NCBI RefSeq assembly: GCF_018350175.1
Contig: NC_058368.1
Location: forward strand, 215,390,001 to 215,454,000
DNA: 64,000 bases
Source of the DNA: Felis catus
Lineage: Eukaryota
Direction: 5' to 3'
Under the pieces are notes generated by a model that was not told the origin of the DNA, made no database searches, and saw only the letters and a list, made by a program, of their open reading frames with translations. Both the position numbers and the translations under genes were made by a program. The number at the start of each line of letters is the position of its first letter. Within the stretch, counting starts at the first letter, position 1. Shown piece after piece: positions 39,092 to 50,914 of this stretch.

Positions 39092-40610
39092 CCGCGCGCG
39101 CGCGCATGTGCGCATCACATCATCTTTATTGATTTATCAATCAATGGATATTTGAATTGATTCAATATTTTGGCTATTATAAGTAATGCTGCAGTATGTA
39201 TATATTTTCAAATTAGTGTTTTCACTTCCTTTCAATAGATACCCAGTAGTGGAATTACTGGATTGTATGGTATTATTATTTTTAACTTTTTGAGTAAACT
39301 CCATACTATTTTCCACAGTGGCTGCACAAATTTACATTTCTACCAAAAGTGCACGAGTGTTCCCTTTCCTCCACATTTTTGTGAACACTTGTTATTCATT
39401 TCTTGTCTTTTTTTGTGTGTGTGTGCTATACTTTTTTTTAATATGAAATTTATTGTCAAATTGGTTTCCATACAATACCCAGTGCTCATCCCAAAAGGTG
39501 CCCTCCTCAATACCCATCACCCACCCTCCCCTCCCTCCCACCCCCCATCAACCCTCAGTTTGTTCTCAGTTTTTAAGAGTCTCTTATGCTTTGGCTCTCT
39601 CCCTCTCTAACCTATTTTTTCCCCTCCCCTCCCCCATGGTCTTCTGTTAAGTTTCTCAGGATCCACATAAGAGTGAAAACATATAGTATCTGTCTTTCTC
39701 TGTATGACTTATTTCACTTAGCATAACACTCTCCAGTTCCATCCACGTTGTTAGTCATTTCTTGTCTTTTTAATACTACTTATTCTGACTGGTGCAAGTT
39801 GATAATTCATTGTGGTTTTGATTTGTAGTTCTCCAAAGATTAGTAATGTTGAACATCTTTCCATGTATCTGTCGGTTATGTCGTCCTTGGTAAAATGTTT
39901 GCAGATCCGCTGCCCCGTTTTGAATTGGATTTTTTTTTCTGTGTTAAGTTGTATAAATTCTTTAGGTATTTTGGATATTAATACTTTATAGGATATATAA
40001 TTTACAAATATCTTCTCCCATTCAGTAGGTTGCCTTTTTTTGTTTTGTTGATGGTTTTTTTACTGTACAAAACTTTTTATTTTAGTGTAGCCAGAATAGT
40101 TTATTTTTGCTGTTTTTTCTCTTGCTTGCGACTGTCTATAAATACATTGCTAAAGGCAATGTACGAGAGATTACTGCCCATGTTTTCTCTTAGGAGTTGT
40201 ATGGTTTCAGGTATCACATTTAAGTCTTTAATCCATTTTGAATTTATTTTTGTGTGTGATGTGAAAAAGTAGCCCATTTCATTTGTTACTTCCTTTCTCT
40301 CTCCCTCTCTCTCTCCTCAGTGTAGTTCCCCAGCGCTAGCGCTGGTGTGGTGTATACTTTTGTTCCTCCATGCTTGTGGTGTCCCTCCTATTTTGGGTGT
40401 GTTACAGGAGAGTTTAGTTTCCAACTGTATCTCCACCCTTGCTACCCTTTTTGATGTGGCCTTTTCTCTGTGATTAACTATGAAAGGTCTGTTCTTCTAG
40501 TCTTTAGGCCATTTTCAGAGTTAGTTGTATACATGGCAGCTATTATCTTGGTGTATTTGTGGAATGAGGTGAGTTCATTATCCTCTTAGTCTGCTTCTTC
40601 CCAGGAATCC
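38605..40610 (-). mobile_element. L1 (L1MA9/L1_Carn-like): 3' ~1.7 kb joined to ~320 bp of 5' end; nested young L1 fragment
   Basis: Antisense 3'UTR/ORF2 to ~40285 then 5'UTR text; possible TSD tggtact(c)tttt. Confidence 0.8.
39432..39750 (-). mobile_element. Young felid L1 (L1_Fc-like) 5'-truncated 3' end with TSD
   Basis: aatatgaaatttattgtcaaattggtttccatacaa... terminus; TSD tcatttcttgtcttttt at 39396-39412 and 39755-39771. Confidence 0.92.
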
Positions 40611-40959
40611 TATCTTTGGTACTTTTTGATATAACATTGCATTAAGAACATTTTCCATGTTACTGAGTATGTTTTGAAGATATCTTAGTATCTACAAAAG
40701 ATACTCATCTTATGAGTACGTTAACTTACCTGTACTTTTATTCCTTGCTATTGAATGTGTTTCTAATTTTTCCTATCCCAACAAATTTTGTAATAACCAT
40801 TCTTATATATTAATTTTAGTCAGTTATTTTATTCCTTTAAAATGAATAATTATTATAATGCCATATAAGGTATGCTCTGGTCATTCAAATCCATAGAGAA
40901 AACAGTACATCTGAATATACTGGTGTTTAAGAATCATAGCATGTCTAGGGGAATTTTAA

Positions 40960-41590
40960 GTAAATGAACTTTGTGATCAAATTTAAGAACAAAAGCTCTA
41001 TACAACCAGATATTATGTGCCACCTAATGTAAAGAAACAGGAAGTACAACACATCAACTATGAATTAAACCTGCCAACCAAATCTAAATCTAATCAAATC
41101 CCTTCCCTGGTTACCAATTTATAGGAAAAACATAAAATCAAAGAAATATGTTAAAAATAAAACCTATAGGAATGCAAACAAAAATACAGAATTTGTTAAT
41201 TCTGTAGGGCAAGTAACTACCTACAAAGAAAAACAAACTTCATGGAAAAAGAGAAAAAAAAAACCTATAAAGACAAAACAATCATCAACCAAGCTATCAA
41301 TATTTTGTGCCTATTGGAATCCTGATTTCAATAAACCAATTTTGAAAGAGACGTCATGGAAACATGTCCACAAACTAGATTTTTATATTATTAATGAAGT
41401 ATTGTTAAATTTCCAGGTCGACAGCTAAATAATATTTTGTTTAGTTTTTATGCTAACTTTTTTTTTGAAATGTTATGATGTCTAGGATTGGTTTCTGTAC
41501 CAGTAAAGGGCTAAGGAAAACTGGTATAGAACCAAAACATGATTGTACATGTGTTTATAATTGCTGATGCTGTCTAGCTTATAGACATAT
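40960..41590 (+). mobile_element. Old L1MC-like 3' fragment
   Basis: Degraded 3'UTR text (aagtacaacacatcaactatgaa...aaatctaatcaaatc...ttatgatgtctaggatt). Confidence 0.6.
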
Positions 41591-41779
41591 GTGTCTTATG
41601 ACATATATGTCATATCTTATATGCTATCACACATATATGTGTTTATGTGTATATGTGTATATGTGTATATACGTGTGTGTATATGTACATGTATGTGTAT
41701 GTGTGTGTGTGTATATACACACACACACACACAACGCATACATACATACATTTTTTTCTATTTAAAATTCCACAAAAGA

Positions 41780-41995
41780 GGGGCATCTGTTTGGCTCATT
41801 CAGTTAAGTGTCTGACTTCAGCTCAAGTCATGATCTTAGGGTTTGTGAGTTTGAGTCCCAGCCCCACGTCAGGGTCTGTGCTGACAGTTCAGAGCCTGGA
41901 GCCTACTTCAGATTCTGTCTCTCTCTCTGCTCCCTGGCTCATGCTCTGTCTCTCTGTCTCTCTCTCTCTCTCAAAAATAAATAACATTAAAAAAT
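41780..41995 (+). mobile_element. Can-SINE
   Basis: SINEC body; TSD-like ccacaaaagagg. Confidence 0.9.
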
Positions 41996-42570
41996 TTAAA
42001 TGCCACAAAAGAGGCTAGTAGTAAATGGGTTTAATATTTAGGCAGGTCACATATAATAGAGTCTTGTACTGCATGTGTGTGTGTGTGCGTGCGTGTGTAT
42101 GTGTAGAGAGAGAGAGAAGATTTGGGGAAAGAATAAAATCATTAGATTCACAAGTTAGAGTACAGTGTTATGAATGTAAACATGAATTGGTCCAGAAGCA
42201 AGGAGACCAGTAAGTCCTTCTTCATTTTCTACAGAAGCAAGGAGACCATTAAGTCCTTCTTGATTTTCTATAATCCCAGTTTCCATACCGGCACACTCTT
42301 ATGTGCTGTAATTTCTCTATAGAATGATAAGAAATATAATACCGAAGTGTGACAGCCAAAGGGACTTAGTAGAGGCAAGGAGACCCTCATGTCTTACAGT
42401 AGGAGTGCAGAGATAGCCAAACATAAAACTTGAGATTTATTAGCTTGGCAACATACATACCATTTAACATATGCCCTCACTTTCCCTCCTGGTGATGTGG
42501 CCTTTATCTAGGTTTAAGTCACAACAACCTGCTGAAGATAACACTGAGCTTGGTAAGGAAAGAAAGTACT

Positions 42571-42767
42571 GGGGCACCTGGGTGGCTCAATTGGTTAAGT
42601 TAGACTCTTAATTTCAGCTCAGGTCACGATCTCATGGTGAGTTGGAGCCCCACACTGGGCTGACAGCATGGAGTCTGCTTGGGATTCTCTCTCCCTCTCT
42701 CTCTGCTCCTCTTTTCCCCCAAGTGCGTGCACATGCTCTCTCTCAAAAATAAATAAACATAAAAAAA
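42571..42767 (+). mobile_element. Can-SINE with TSD
   Basis: TSD aaagaaagtact. Confidence 0.92.
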
Positions 42768-44504
42768 AAAGAAAGTACTATACTGCAAACCTTTGACATA
42801 TATTTGTCATCATTTGGGCAGCATGAGTGGCATTTGATTAGAAGATAATTTATTCAAAGATTGGAAGATAAAACAGGGAAGATTTAATTTACTTGAGAAT
42901 ACTCTCTGGAGGTAAACAGTTTAGCATCATGGAAAGAGATCCAGGAGATTGTGCAAATTAAATAATAAGATGGCTCCCAGTGGCATGTTAAACACAATGG
43001 CCAAGTTGAGCAAAATCACAAGGTGTAAAATGCCATGTCAGATGATCATAAAGAGATTAGAAAGTTCAAGGAAATGGACATGCCAGAATGGATATAATAT
43101 ATACAATCAGAACATGAGCATGATGATTCCTTGGGAACATTCCTTGGGAAAACTCAAAGGACACACAGAAGGCCAAATGTGAATAGCCTGGTAAAAAAAA
43201 GCAGGAACATCATTAAAAATTCAGTGTGGCTCTACTTTTCAATCCAGGACTAGAGATAGGAAGGACTGTTATAGAACTTGTCTAGCTGAAAATAATGGCC
43301 ATGTATGGACTTCAAAACTGTAGAGTCCAGGGCAGGACTTAACTGCCAGAAACCAGGTGGTACTTAACCATAGATCTTGTGATGACTAGCAGAATTGGAG
43401 CAGCAGCCCCAGGAACCCAATCCAAAGGGACTAATAGGGCTAGTTAATAGAATATGACTTCCTTAGGGGCAAATGAGACTGGTGGCAAATAATTGTATTT
43501 CTCAGCTTCAACCAGCAGAATAAATCAAGGTTTGGTGTCTGAGAAACTGAGGGTGGCCACCTTAATTAAAATATGATCCCTTGCAGAGTTTCCAGACTTG
43601 AGCTCATTGTTCAGAGTTAGATCCCAGTGAACATTGGTTTTTCAAGTGGAACAACACCATAGCACTATGGTGTGTACACAGTAATTATTTCTTCAGTTTT
43701 TCCCCAAAGGGGATTATAAACACTTATTCAATTGACTATAAATTAGAAAATGAGGGCTACCCACATATTTTTAGCACTTGATAGTGCTGAGTTTGATGAT
43801 ATTGAACTGTGGGAACATTATTATAGCCCTCATATTTATAAGGGGGCATATGGAAGCCAGGAAATATATGGCTTAGATTGGCTCTCTGGTGATAATTTCC
43901 CTGGACCCTGAATGTTGAACTGTTATCACATACTTGGAAGTTAACACAATCTCCAAATTGGGTCCTTGGTTGTGGATAACTACCAAAAGGGAGAAAGTCA
44001 AATGTAAGGTTCTGAAACTGTCCCCTCCCTGACCACGTTATTAAAAATAAATTTAAAAAATGTATCTGTATATGTTGCAGAATTTAGGAGATTCCTGCCA
44101 GCTTTCTGATGGATGCAAGGGTGGTGGTCCTTATCATATCCCCGGTTAAGTTACTAACATTATCCCTGCAGAATCCAGATGGGTCTTGGAAGATGACTGT
44201 AGACGACTGCAAGCTCAATCTAGTAGTTGCCTTGATTGAAGCTTCCATGACTAATGTGGTAAGTTTGTTAGAACAGATACAGCCTCAGGTTCATCGTATG
44301 TGGTTACTGATTTGGCATGCACGTTCTTTTTTTATTTCTAATAAGAAAAAAAAAGATCAAGAAAAGTTTTTTTTTTCACTTACAATATACAATAAAGATT
44401 CACATTTTACCCTGGACTAGTAACTACCTTTTTCTCTCTTATAGTTAACAGGGATCTGGACTATCTAAAGATTGCAGAGAGCATCATATGAATCCATTGT
44501 TTTG

Positions 44505-44728
44505 TTTTTTTTTAATTTTTTTTCAACGTTTTTATTTATTTTTGGGACAGAGAGAGACAGAGCATGAACGGGGGAGGGGCAGAGAGAGAGGGAGACACGG
44601 AATCGGAAACAGGCTCCAGGCTCTGAGCCATCAGCCCAGAACCTGACACGGGGCTCGAACCCACGGACCGCGAGATCATGACCTGGCTGAAGTCGGACGC
44701 TTAACCAACTGCGCCACCCAGGCGCCCC
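44505..44728 (-). mobile_element. Young SINEC_Fc-type element with 16-bp TSD
   Basis: TSD tgaatccattgttttg at 44489-44504 and 44729-44744. Confidence 0.96.
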
Positions 44729-45401
44729 TGAATCCATTGTTTTGAGGATAGCACCCTGATCTATTCAATTGGCTTGTGCCCTGAAAGTTTTGTAAGACAC
44801 ATCTACTCTAGAGGATAGAGTAATTATAGTGGCAGAGATGGAGGCCAGTAGCATGGATTTTCATTTACTAGAGCTGACATAGCTATTGCTGGTGCCGAAT
44901 GTCCAACATGTAAGCAAAGAAAAACCAATCTCCCAAATGCTGTAATTTCTTGATATATCCTGTCTACTTGGTAGCAAGTTGACGACTTTGAAACTCTTTC
45001 ATAACTGATGCAGATTCACATTCTAGATAAGGGTTTCCCTTTTTATTCTGATGCACCTCAAAAGAAAGACCCACTATCTCATGGTTTACCAAATATTTGA
45101 TCCATTAGCATTAGAGTCTGTAATAAATTGCACCAGATTTCAAAGCACAAGAAGTTTAAGTGTTGGTACATGGCCAAAAACTCTACTGGTCTTTCTGCAT
45201 ACTACACTCTCCCAAAAGTGACCAGACTGACAGAGAATGGCCTACTGGAGATGCAGATGAAGTTTCACCATGGTGGCTACACTCTAGAAGCTCTAAGTAG
45301 GGTTGAAGCTTCTGGCCCCCAGTGAATTTGCCTTAGCAGCTTAGACTATTGCAACAAAATACTAGACTCATAGACTCAGTGGCTTAAAAAGCACAGATTT
45401 A

Positions 45402-45622
45402 GGAGCACCTGGGTAGCGCAGTCGGTTAAGCGTCCGACTTCAGCCAGGTCACTATCTCGCGGTCCGTGAGTTCGAGCCCCGCGTCAGGCTCTGGGCTGAT
45501 GGCTCAGAGCCTGGAGCCTGTTTCCGATTCTGTGTCTCCCTCTCTCTCTGCCCCTCCCCCGTTCGTGCTCTGTCTCTCTCTGTCCCAAAAATAAATAAGC
45601 GTTGAAAAAAAAATTTAAAAAA
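45402..45622 (+). mobile_element. Young SINEC_Fc-type element without TSD
   Basis: Body near-identical to other young copies; head ggagcacctgggtagcg diverged; flanks not duplicated. Confidence 0.93.
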
Positions 45623-46994
45623 CATTGGTGCCCCAAATCCCATTTCAGCATCTGTGTCTGAACTTTTGGAAAAACCTAACCTGCAGCTATATTTACCTAT
45701 TTATATATATGGGAAGCATGTGATGCATAATCTTTATGACATATAAATTACGTATTCTAGAGACTGTTCTGTACGTTTTCCCCTCTTAACTGCATATCCT
45801 ATTATTTTCATTATATAGAGATGTCCCTTACTCCTTTTTTGTAGCAGCATAAACTCAATTGCATGGATGTACCACAGTTAATTCAACCAGTCCCTACTGA
45901 TGGAGAATGGGATGGGTTATTTCCTGTCTATTGCTTTAAATAATACTCTATGTAATCCTGCAAGTTACTAAGTAGTGTTTTAGCAAGTGTGTCTCTGAAA
46001 TTATTCTTAGAAAGGGTTGCAAGGACAAGGGGTGAATGTATGCTTATTTTGTTAGGAATTGTCAAATTTGTCTTCCTTAGAAGGCATAGCAGTTTGTATT
46101 CCTAACACTTAAGGATTTTCCCATATCCTTAACAACAGATTATGTTATCAAGATTTTAGATTGCTGCCAAACTAAATGATAAATTATATCTCAATATTAT
46201 TACATTATTGACTTATCTTTGTATGACAAATTTATTATATTTATTTCTTTTACTGTCTTATGTCTTGTAGGTATTTGCTTTTCCCTTCAATTTTTAAGAC
46301 TTTTCCATAGATTAGAGATACATTATTTCTCCCTTTTATTTAAATAGCAAACATTCTTCAGTTTTTTCTTTGTGTTTTTTATCTTATTTTTTTGCCATGC
46401 AAAGTTTATTATTTTTATTTATGCTAATTTATCAATATTTTACTCCTTTCAGATAGTAAATAATATCTTTAAATTTTATGTACTCTCTTTTTAAAAATGA
46501 ATTTTATGTATATCCTGATTGTTTTTAATTAGGGAGGTAAGTCATTTGGAAAAATTGTCTTCTTGAAAGTTTTAAGTATGGATCTAAATATGTCTTTTAA
46601 ATTTTTTCCATGCCTATCAAGTTTGAGTTTTCGGTGATGTCTCTTAATCCTCTGTTTTCTCCAATCCGAGGTACACTTCTGCATAATTTTCCTAGTTCAT
46701 TCTTTCAGTTAATCCCTCCTTTTTCATATTCTTATGTTGTACAGACATATTACTTATGAACTTAAAAATTTTTAATTTGTGCTATTCTTTCAAAGCATTG
46801 ATCATTTTCTTACCTTCTTTAAAACTTTTACTGATTTTGAAATATGCTGCAATTTTCCTTTCATTTTGTGATGTCATATTTTATTGTTACTATCTCATGG
46901 AATGTTGCCAGCTAATTTCATATTTTTCTGCCAGCATATTTGTGTGGGTTGTATTCCTGTTCTGCTACTTACGTTTCAAAGAAATGGGTGTCAT

Positions 46995-47454
46995 AGTAGG
47001 TGTGATTAATGTGAATCAACTTGGCCCAGTTGCCCAGACGTTTTGTGAAACATTAATCTGGTGTGTCTGTAAGAGTGTTTCTGGAAGAGATTAACATTTG
47101 AATTGGTAGACTGAGTAAAGCAGATTGCTTTTCCTAATGTAGGTGCCTCTCATCTGATCAACTGAAAACCTGAGTGGAACAAAAAAGACTGAGTTAGTGG
47201 GAACTTCTCTTGTCTGACTGGCTTCACGCTGGGGCATTGTTATTTCCCTGCCCTTATACCGGCTGTTCTTAGGTCTCAAACCCGCAGTCTTCCTGCTGGA
47301 ACTGACACCATTGAGTCCCGTGGTGCTCAGGCCTTCAGAATCAGACTGGAATTACAGGATCAGCTCTTCCTTGTCTTTAGCTTATTGACTATAGATCTTC
47401 TCAGCCATAATGATCAACTGAGTCAATTCCTTATAAGAAATCTGGGTGTAAGTG

Positions 47455-47495
<41 letters not shown>

Positions 47496-47527
47496 TGGTT
47501 CTGTTCTGGTGAGCTCTGAAAAATACA
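46995..47527 (+). mobile_element. MLT2 (ERV-L) solo LTR
   Basis: tcaacttggcc...gtttctggaagagattaacatttgaattggtagactgagtaaagcagattgc...(GT)n...ttggttctgtt...aataca. Confidence 0.9.
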
Positions 47528-47953
47528 GACTTCTGAAGTAGTAGGAGCTTCTTTTGTGAGGACTTGTGAGAAGTTTCATGCTCAAGGATGTACTCTTCTG
47601 TTGTTACCACTTAGTATTCAAAACTATGGCCTCTTTGGGTGGCCATGGCTCTGTATCTCAGGGTTAGTGTGATTCTAACTCTGTTGTCCTGAAGGCTATA
47701 GGCCTTGACTTTTTCTTTTCTTTTTTTATGCTTTGACTTTTTAAAGTAGTGATTTGCTTTTAATATTGTATTATTTTGGAATGTTGTTTCCTGAGATCTA
47801 TTTACTCCGGATCTGTTTACCTCTAGCGTCATAACAATCTTTCTGTGGGATTTCTAGCATTCCTATCTTCTTAGCACAAATTATGTTCCCAATAGTTTTC
47901 CTACAGGGTAGATCTTTGCCTTTATTATTTTTATCTTTTTAAAGTTTATTTTA

Positions 47954-48121
47954 GGGGCGCCTGGGTGGCTCAGTCGGTTGAGCATCTGACTTCGGCTCAG
48001 GTCATGATCTTGCAGTCTGCGGTTTCAATCCCCGCATCAAACAGTGCTGACAGCTCAGTCTGAAACCTGCTTCATATCCTGTGCTTCACTCTCTCTCTCT
48101 CTGCCCCTCCCCCACTCCTGC

Positions 48122-48152
<31 letters not shown>

Positions 48153-48176
48153 TTCAAAATTAAATAAACATTACAA
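47954..48176 (+). mobile_element. Can-SINE inserted in the tail of an opposite-strand SINE
   Basis: TSD-like aaagtttatt. Confidence 0.9.
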
Positions 48177-48179
48177 AAA

Positions 48180-48372
48180 GTTTATTAAGTTTGAGAGAGA
48201 GCATGTAAACAGGGAAGTGGCAGACAGCGAGGGAGAGAGAATCCCAAGAAGGCTCTGTGCTGTCAGCGCAGAGCCTGACATGGGGCTCAAACCCATAAAA
48301 CTGTGAGATCATGACCTGAGCTGAAATCAAGAGTTGGCTGCTCAACCTGATTGAGTTGCCCAGGTGGCCTGG
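48180..48372 (-). mobile_element. Can-SINE
   Basis: Reverse SINEC body. Confidence 0.88.
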
Positions 48373-50752
48373 AACTTTGGCTTTGTAAAACATATTTGTG
48401 GCATGTTCAGTGATGCCTGGCTATTTAGTCTGTTATGGTTGATCTTCACCTTGCCCCAATGTGTTTCCCAGACTGTTTTGTTTTGTTTTGTTTTGTTTTG
48501 TTTTAACATGTCTCTGAAATCTGAAGCCTGCAAGTTCTTACAGTATTTCAGATTTTTCTAGGCACTTTTGAGATCAAGTTTTTGTTTTTCCTGGGTCCCA
48601 TGACCTGGGTCCCATGCCCTTTTTTTTTTTTTTTCCCCTGGGTCCCATGACTGCATCCTTCAGTGCTTACCTGTGTCTTCTAATCTAACACTGGGCAGCA
48701 GCTGATCTGTCGTGGATCTGATGCTGTCACATGGTTCGGCCACACCACTCACCCTCAGATGTTCTTGGAGGATTTCCTGCCACATAGCTGCCATGAATAT
48801 GTCATCTGTGAATTATTTAACTTGCTATCTCTAATGGCCTATATGGTTTTTATGAAACAGTTTGGGGAAATTTAAAGAAATTGCTGCAGTCATGATCTTG
48901 TTGTTAGTGGCTTAGAAATAGTTTTTTATCTTTATTCATAATATTGAAGTTACTTATTCATTTAAAGAACTCATTTATTAAGTATTTATATAATTATAGA
49001 TAAACTCTTAGGTATGTATCATGTTAATACATTTTATCATATATTTTAAATTCTGATTATTATATAGTATGGATTGGTCATTATATAACATATTCACATA
49101 CAGCATATATCAAATAATTTAAATATGATCATTTTACACAATTTTATGTTCACCTTATATTAATAGACATATTTATACACTATCTCCTTCATTAGAACAT
49201 AAGCCATTTGAGAATTGAAATTATATTTTATAAATCTTTATAACATAAGTGACAAAACAATCCTTGATGTGTATTTGCAATAAACAATGTAATTGACAAT
49301 GTACCATGATTCAAACTTGAAGCATTTTACTAAACATTGGATAATTTTAGCTCTGAACCTAAAACACCAGAAATATATCCACAAAATCAAGAAATCATGT
49401 GTTCGAAAAGTGAGCAGAAAAAAATTATAGGTAACATCAAAATCATATTGCAGATGTATCCACATTTCATATGTAAATCTCCATAGTTGAAATAGTTTTA
49501 TTTATATGCTCATGATATCTTAATCATTCTTGTATATAAGACTAAGTTTCCTGAAGAATTTCTAAAACTGAATATGAGATCAAAATATCTAATATTTATA
49601 AGGTAATTTTTGAACATTTATTTGCTAAGATAGCAGAGCAACTTTGACACTCATTGTTCTTTTCAAAATTCTACTTTATATTTTTGGTAGGTGGTTGGAA
49701 ATGTTTTATTTTGATATTGAAATGTTTTTGCCTGGATATTATCCTATACCCAATAAAATTATAACACGTTAGTAGAAACTTCCTTAATGGCATGCAGTTT
49801 GGGAAGATGATATTTTGGTAGAAAAAGTGTTCTTCTATTATCCAAAAATGTTTCTTTTCTTTTTACCTGTTACTAATATTCTTTTTTTCCCCTCAATGTA
49901 TAATGAATCAGTCCCTTCAATACAATCCATATTACATGTTTTTTCCTATAGAAAATTATATTTTATATCACTGTTTTAATGTGTTCCTTCCCAGCATTGG
50001 AAATGTACCCAACTTGACTTTCCAGTTTTATAGTTCCCTACCATCCTGCACCACACCATATTATTCTAATCCTGAATGTTTGAAAGAAACATTTATAAAT
50101 AGAATTATTTTGAAAGTGTTTGCAATTTTTACTGTACGTACTTTTGAAATTTACAGGTAAGAAGATCTGTAGACAAGTGTTTCCTATTCTTGGAAGACAA
50201 ACCCAGCACATTTTCAGCAATTTATTGGACTTTCACTGCCCATGTCTTCTAAGAAATCAGTTTATCTTTCTTGGTGGAATCTGTGAACAGAACTGCATTT
50301 CCAATTGACAGGTGCAGGAATTTCCCTGGTTAGCTGCCCCTTTGCTCTTTTTCCTGTGCTGTCACCAGAGAGAAATGACTGGAGGCCTTGGTAATGAAAA
50401 CATTTTCTGACAAATAGTTCCATCCATGTGGAAAGAGGACAACACACGTCCATATGCAAACCTCCATTCAAGTTCCTTCTTCCTAATAGGGTTTGTTCTT
50501 TCTATGACTGTTCAAATCATTCGACCATTCACAGAAATTTTAAAAGAGTAAGAATTTACAGGGGTCAAAGCAATGGCTATTGGCTTCTACATGTAAAGTG
50601 GGGTAGGTGGACGAAGGTCATCTTTGGGACTCTGCTGTTGGTGTTTTCAAGTTATACTTGTAGAACATTTTTTTTTTCTTTTCCCGTCCATTTCATGGCT
50701 AAATGTCTAATATGAGAAAGGTGTCCTAATGAAAGAAGTACAGTAATTACCC

Positions 50753-50914
50753 ACTAGAGAGGCAGGAAGCCATATAAAGACACCAGTTGGAAATAAAGGG
50801 CCTGGGGCCTGTTTTGTTCAAAGCTAAGGCTTTAAGTGTGTCTTGTATCTCTCTTGCTTTCTTTTCTCTCTCTGAAAAGATTTACCTGTCGATGAGTGAG
50901 CACTGTGCATCCTT
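50753..50914 (+). repeat. Left arm of ~165-bp long-range inverted repeat
   Basis: Aligns to the reverse complement of 52878-53048; perfect blocks agaggcaggaagccatataaa and ggcctggggcctgttttgttcaaagctaag. Confidence 0.95.

Larger units (their letters stand above)
42348..45330 (+). mobile_element. Degraded ERV-L internal region (gag/pol/integrase remnants)
   Basis: ORF 44109-44420 'QNPDGSWKMTVDDCKLNLVV...VVSLLEQI' resembles the ERV-L RT N-terminus; integrase-like 'AECPTCKQ' near 44890; gag-like text 42780-43560. Confidence 0.85.
45700..48900 (-). mobile_element. Ancient L1ME/HAL1-like fragments (interrupted by MLT2 and SINEs)
   Basis: Antisense 3'UTR text (gcatggatgtaccacagttaattcaaccagtccctactgatgga) and T-rich ORF1-like text. 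Confidence 0.55.

Noticed and set aside
40722..40735. Consensus minus-strand donor CAG|gtaagt
   Set aside because: No matching upstream acceptor; lies in degraded L1-like sequence.
44465..44737. 90-aa ORF and similar SINE-spanning ORFs elsewhere
   Set aside because: Read-through of Can-SINE sequence.
50770..50779. CCATATAAAG as CArG or TATA box in the IR arm
   Set aside because: Imperfect CArG, differs in the other arm and has no other promoter context; kept only as part of the IR.
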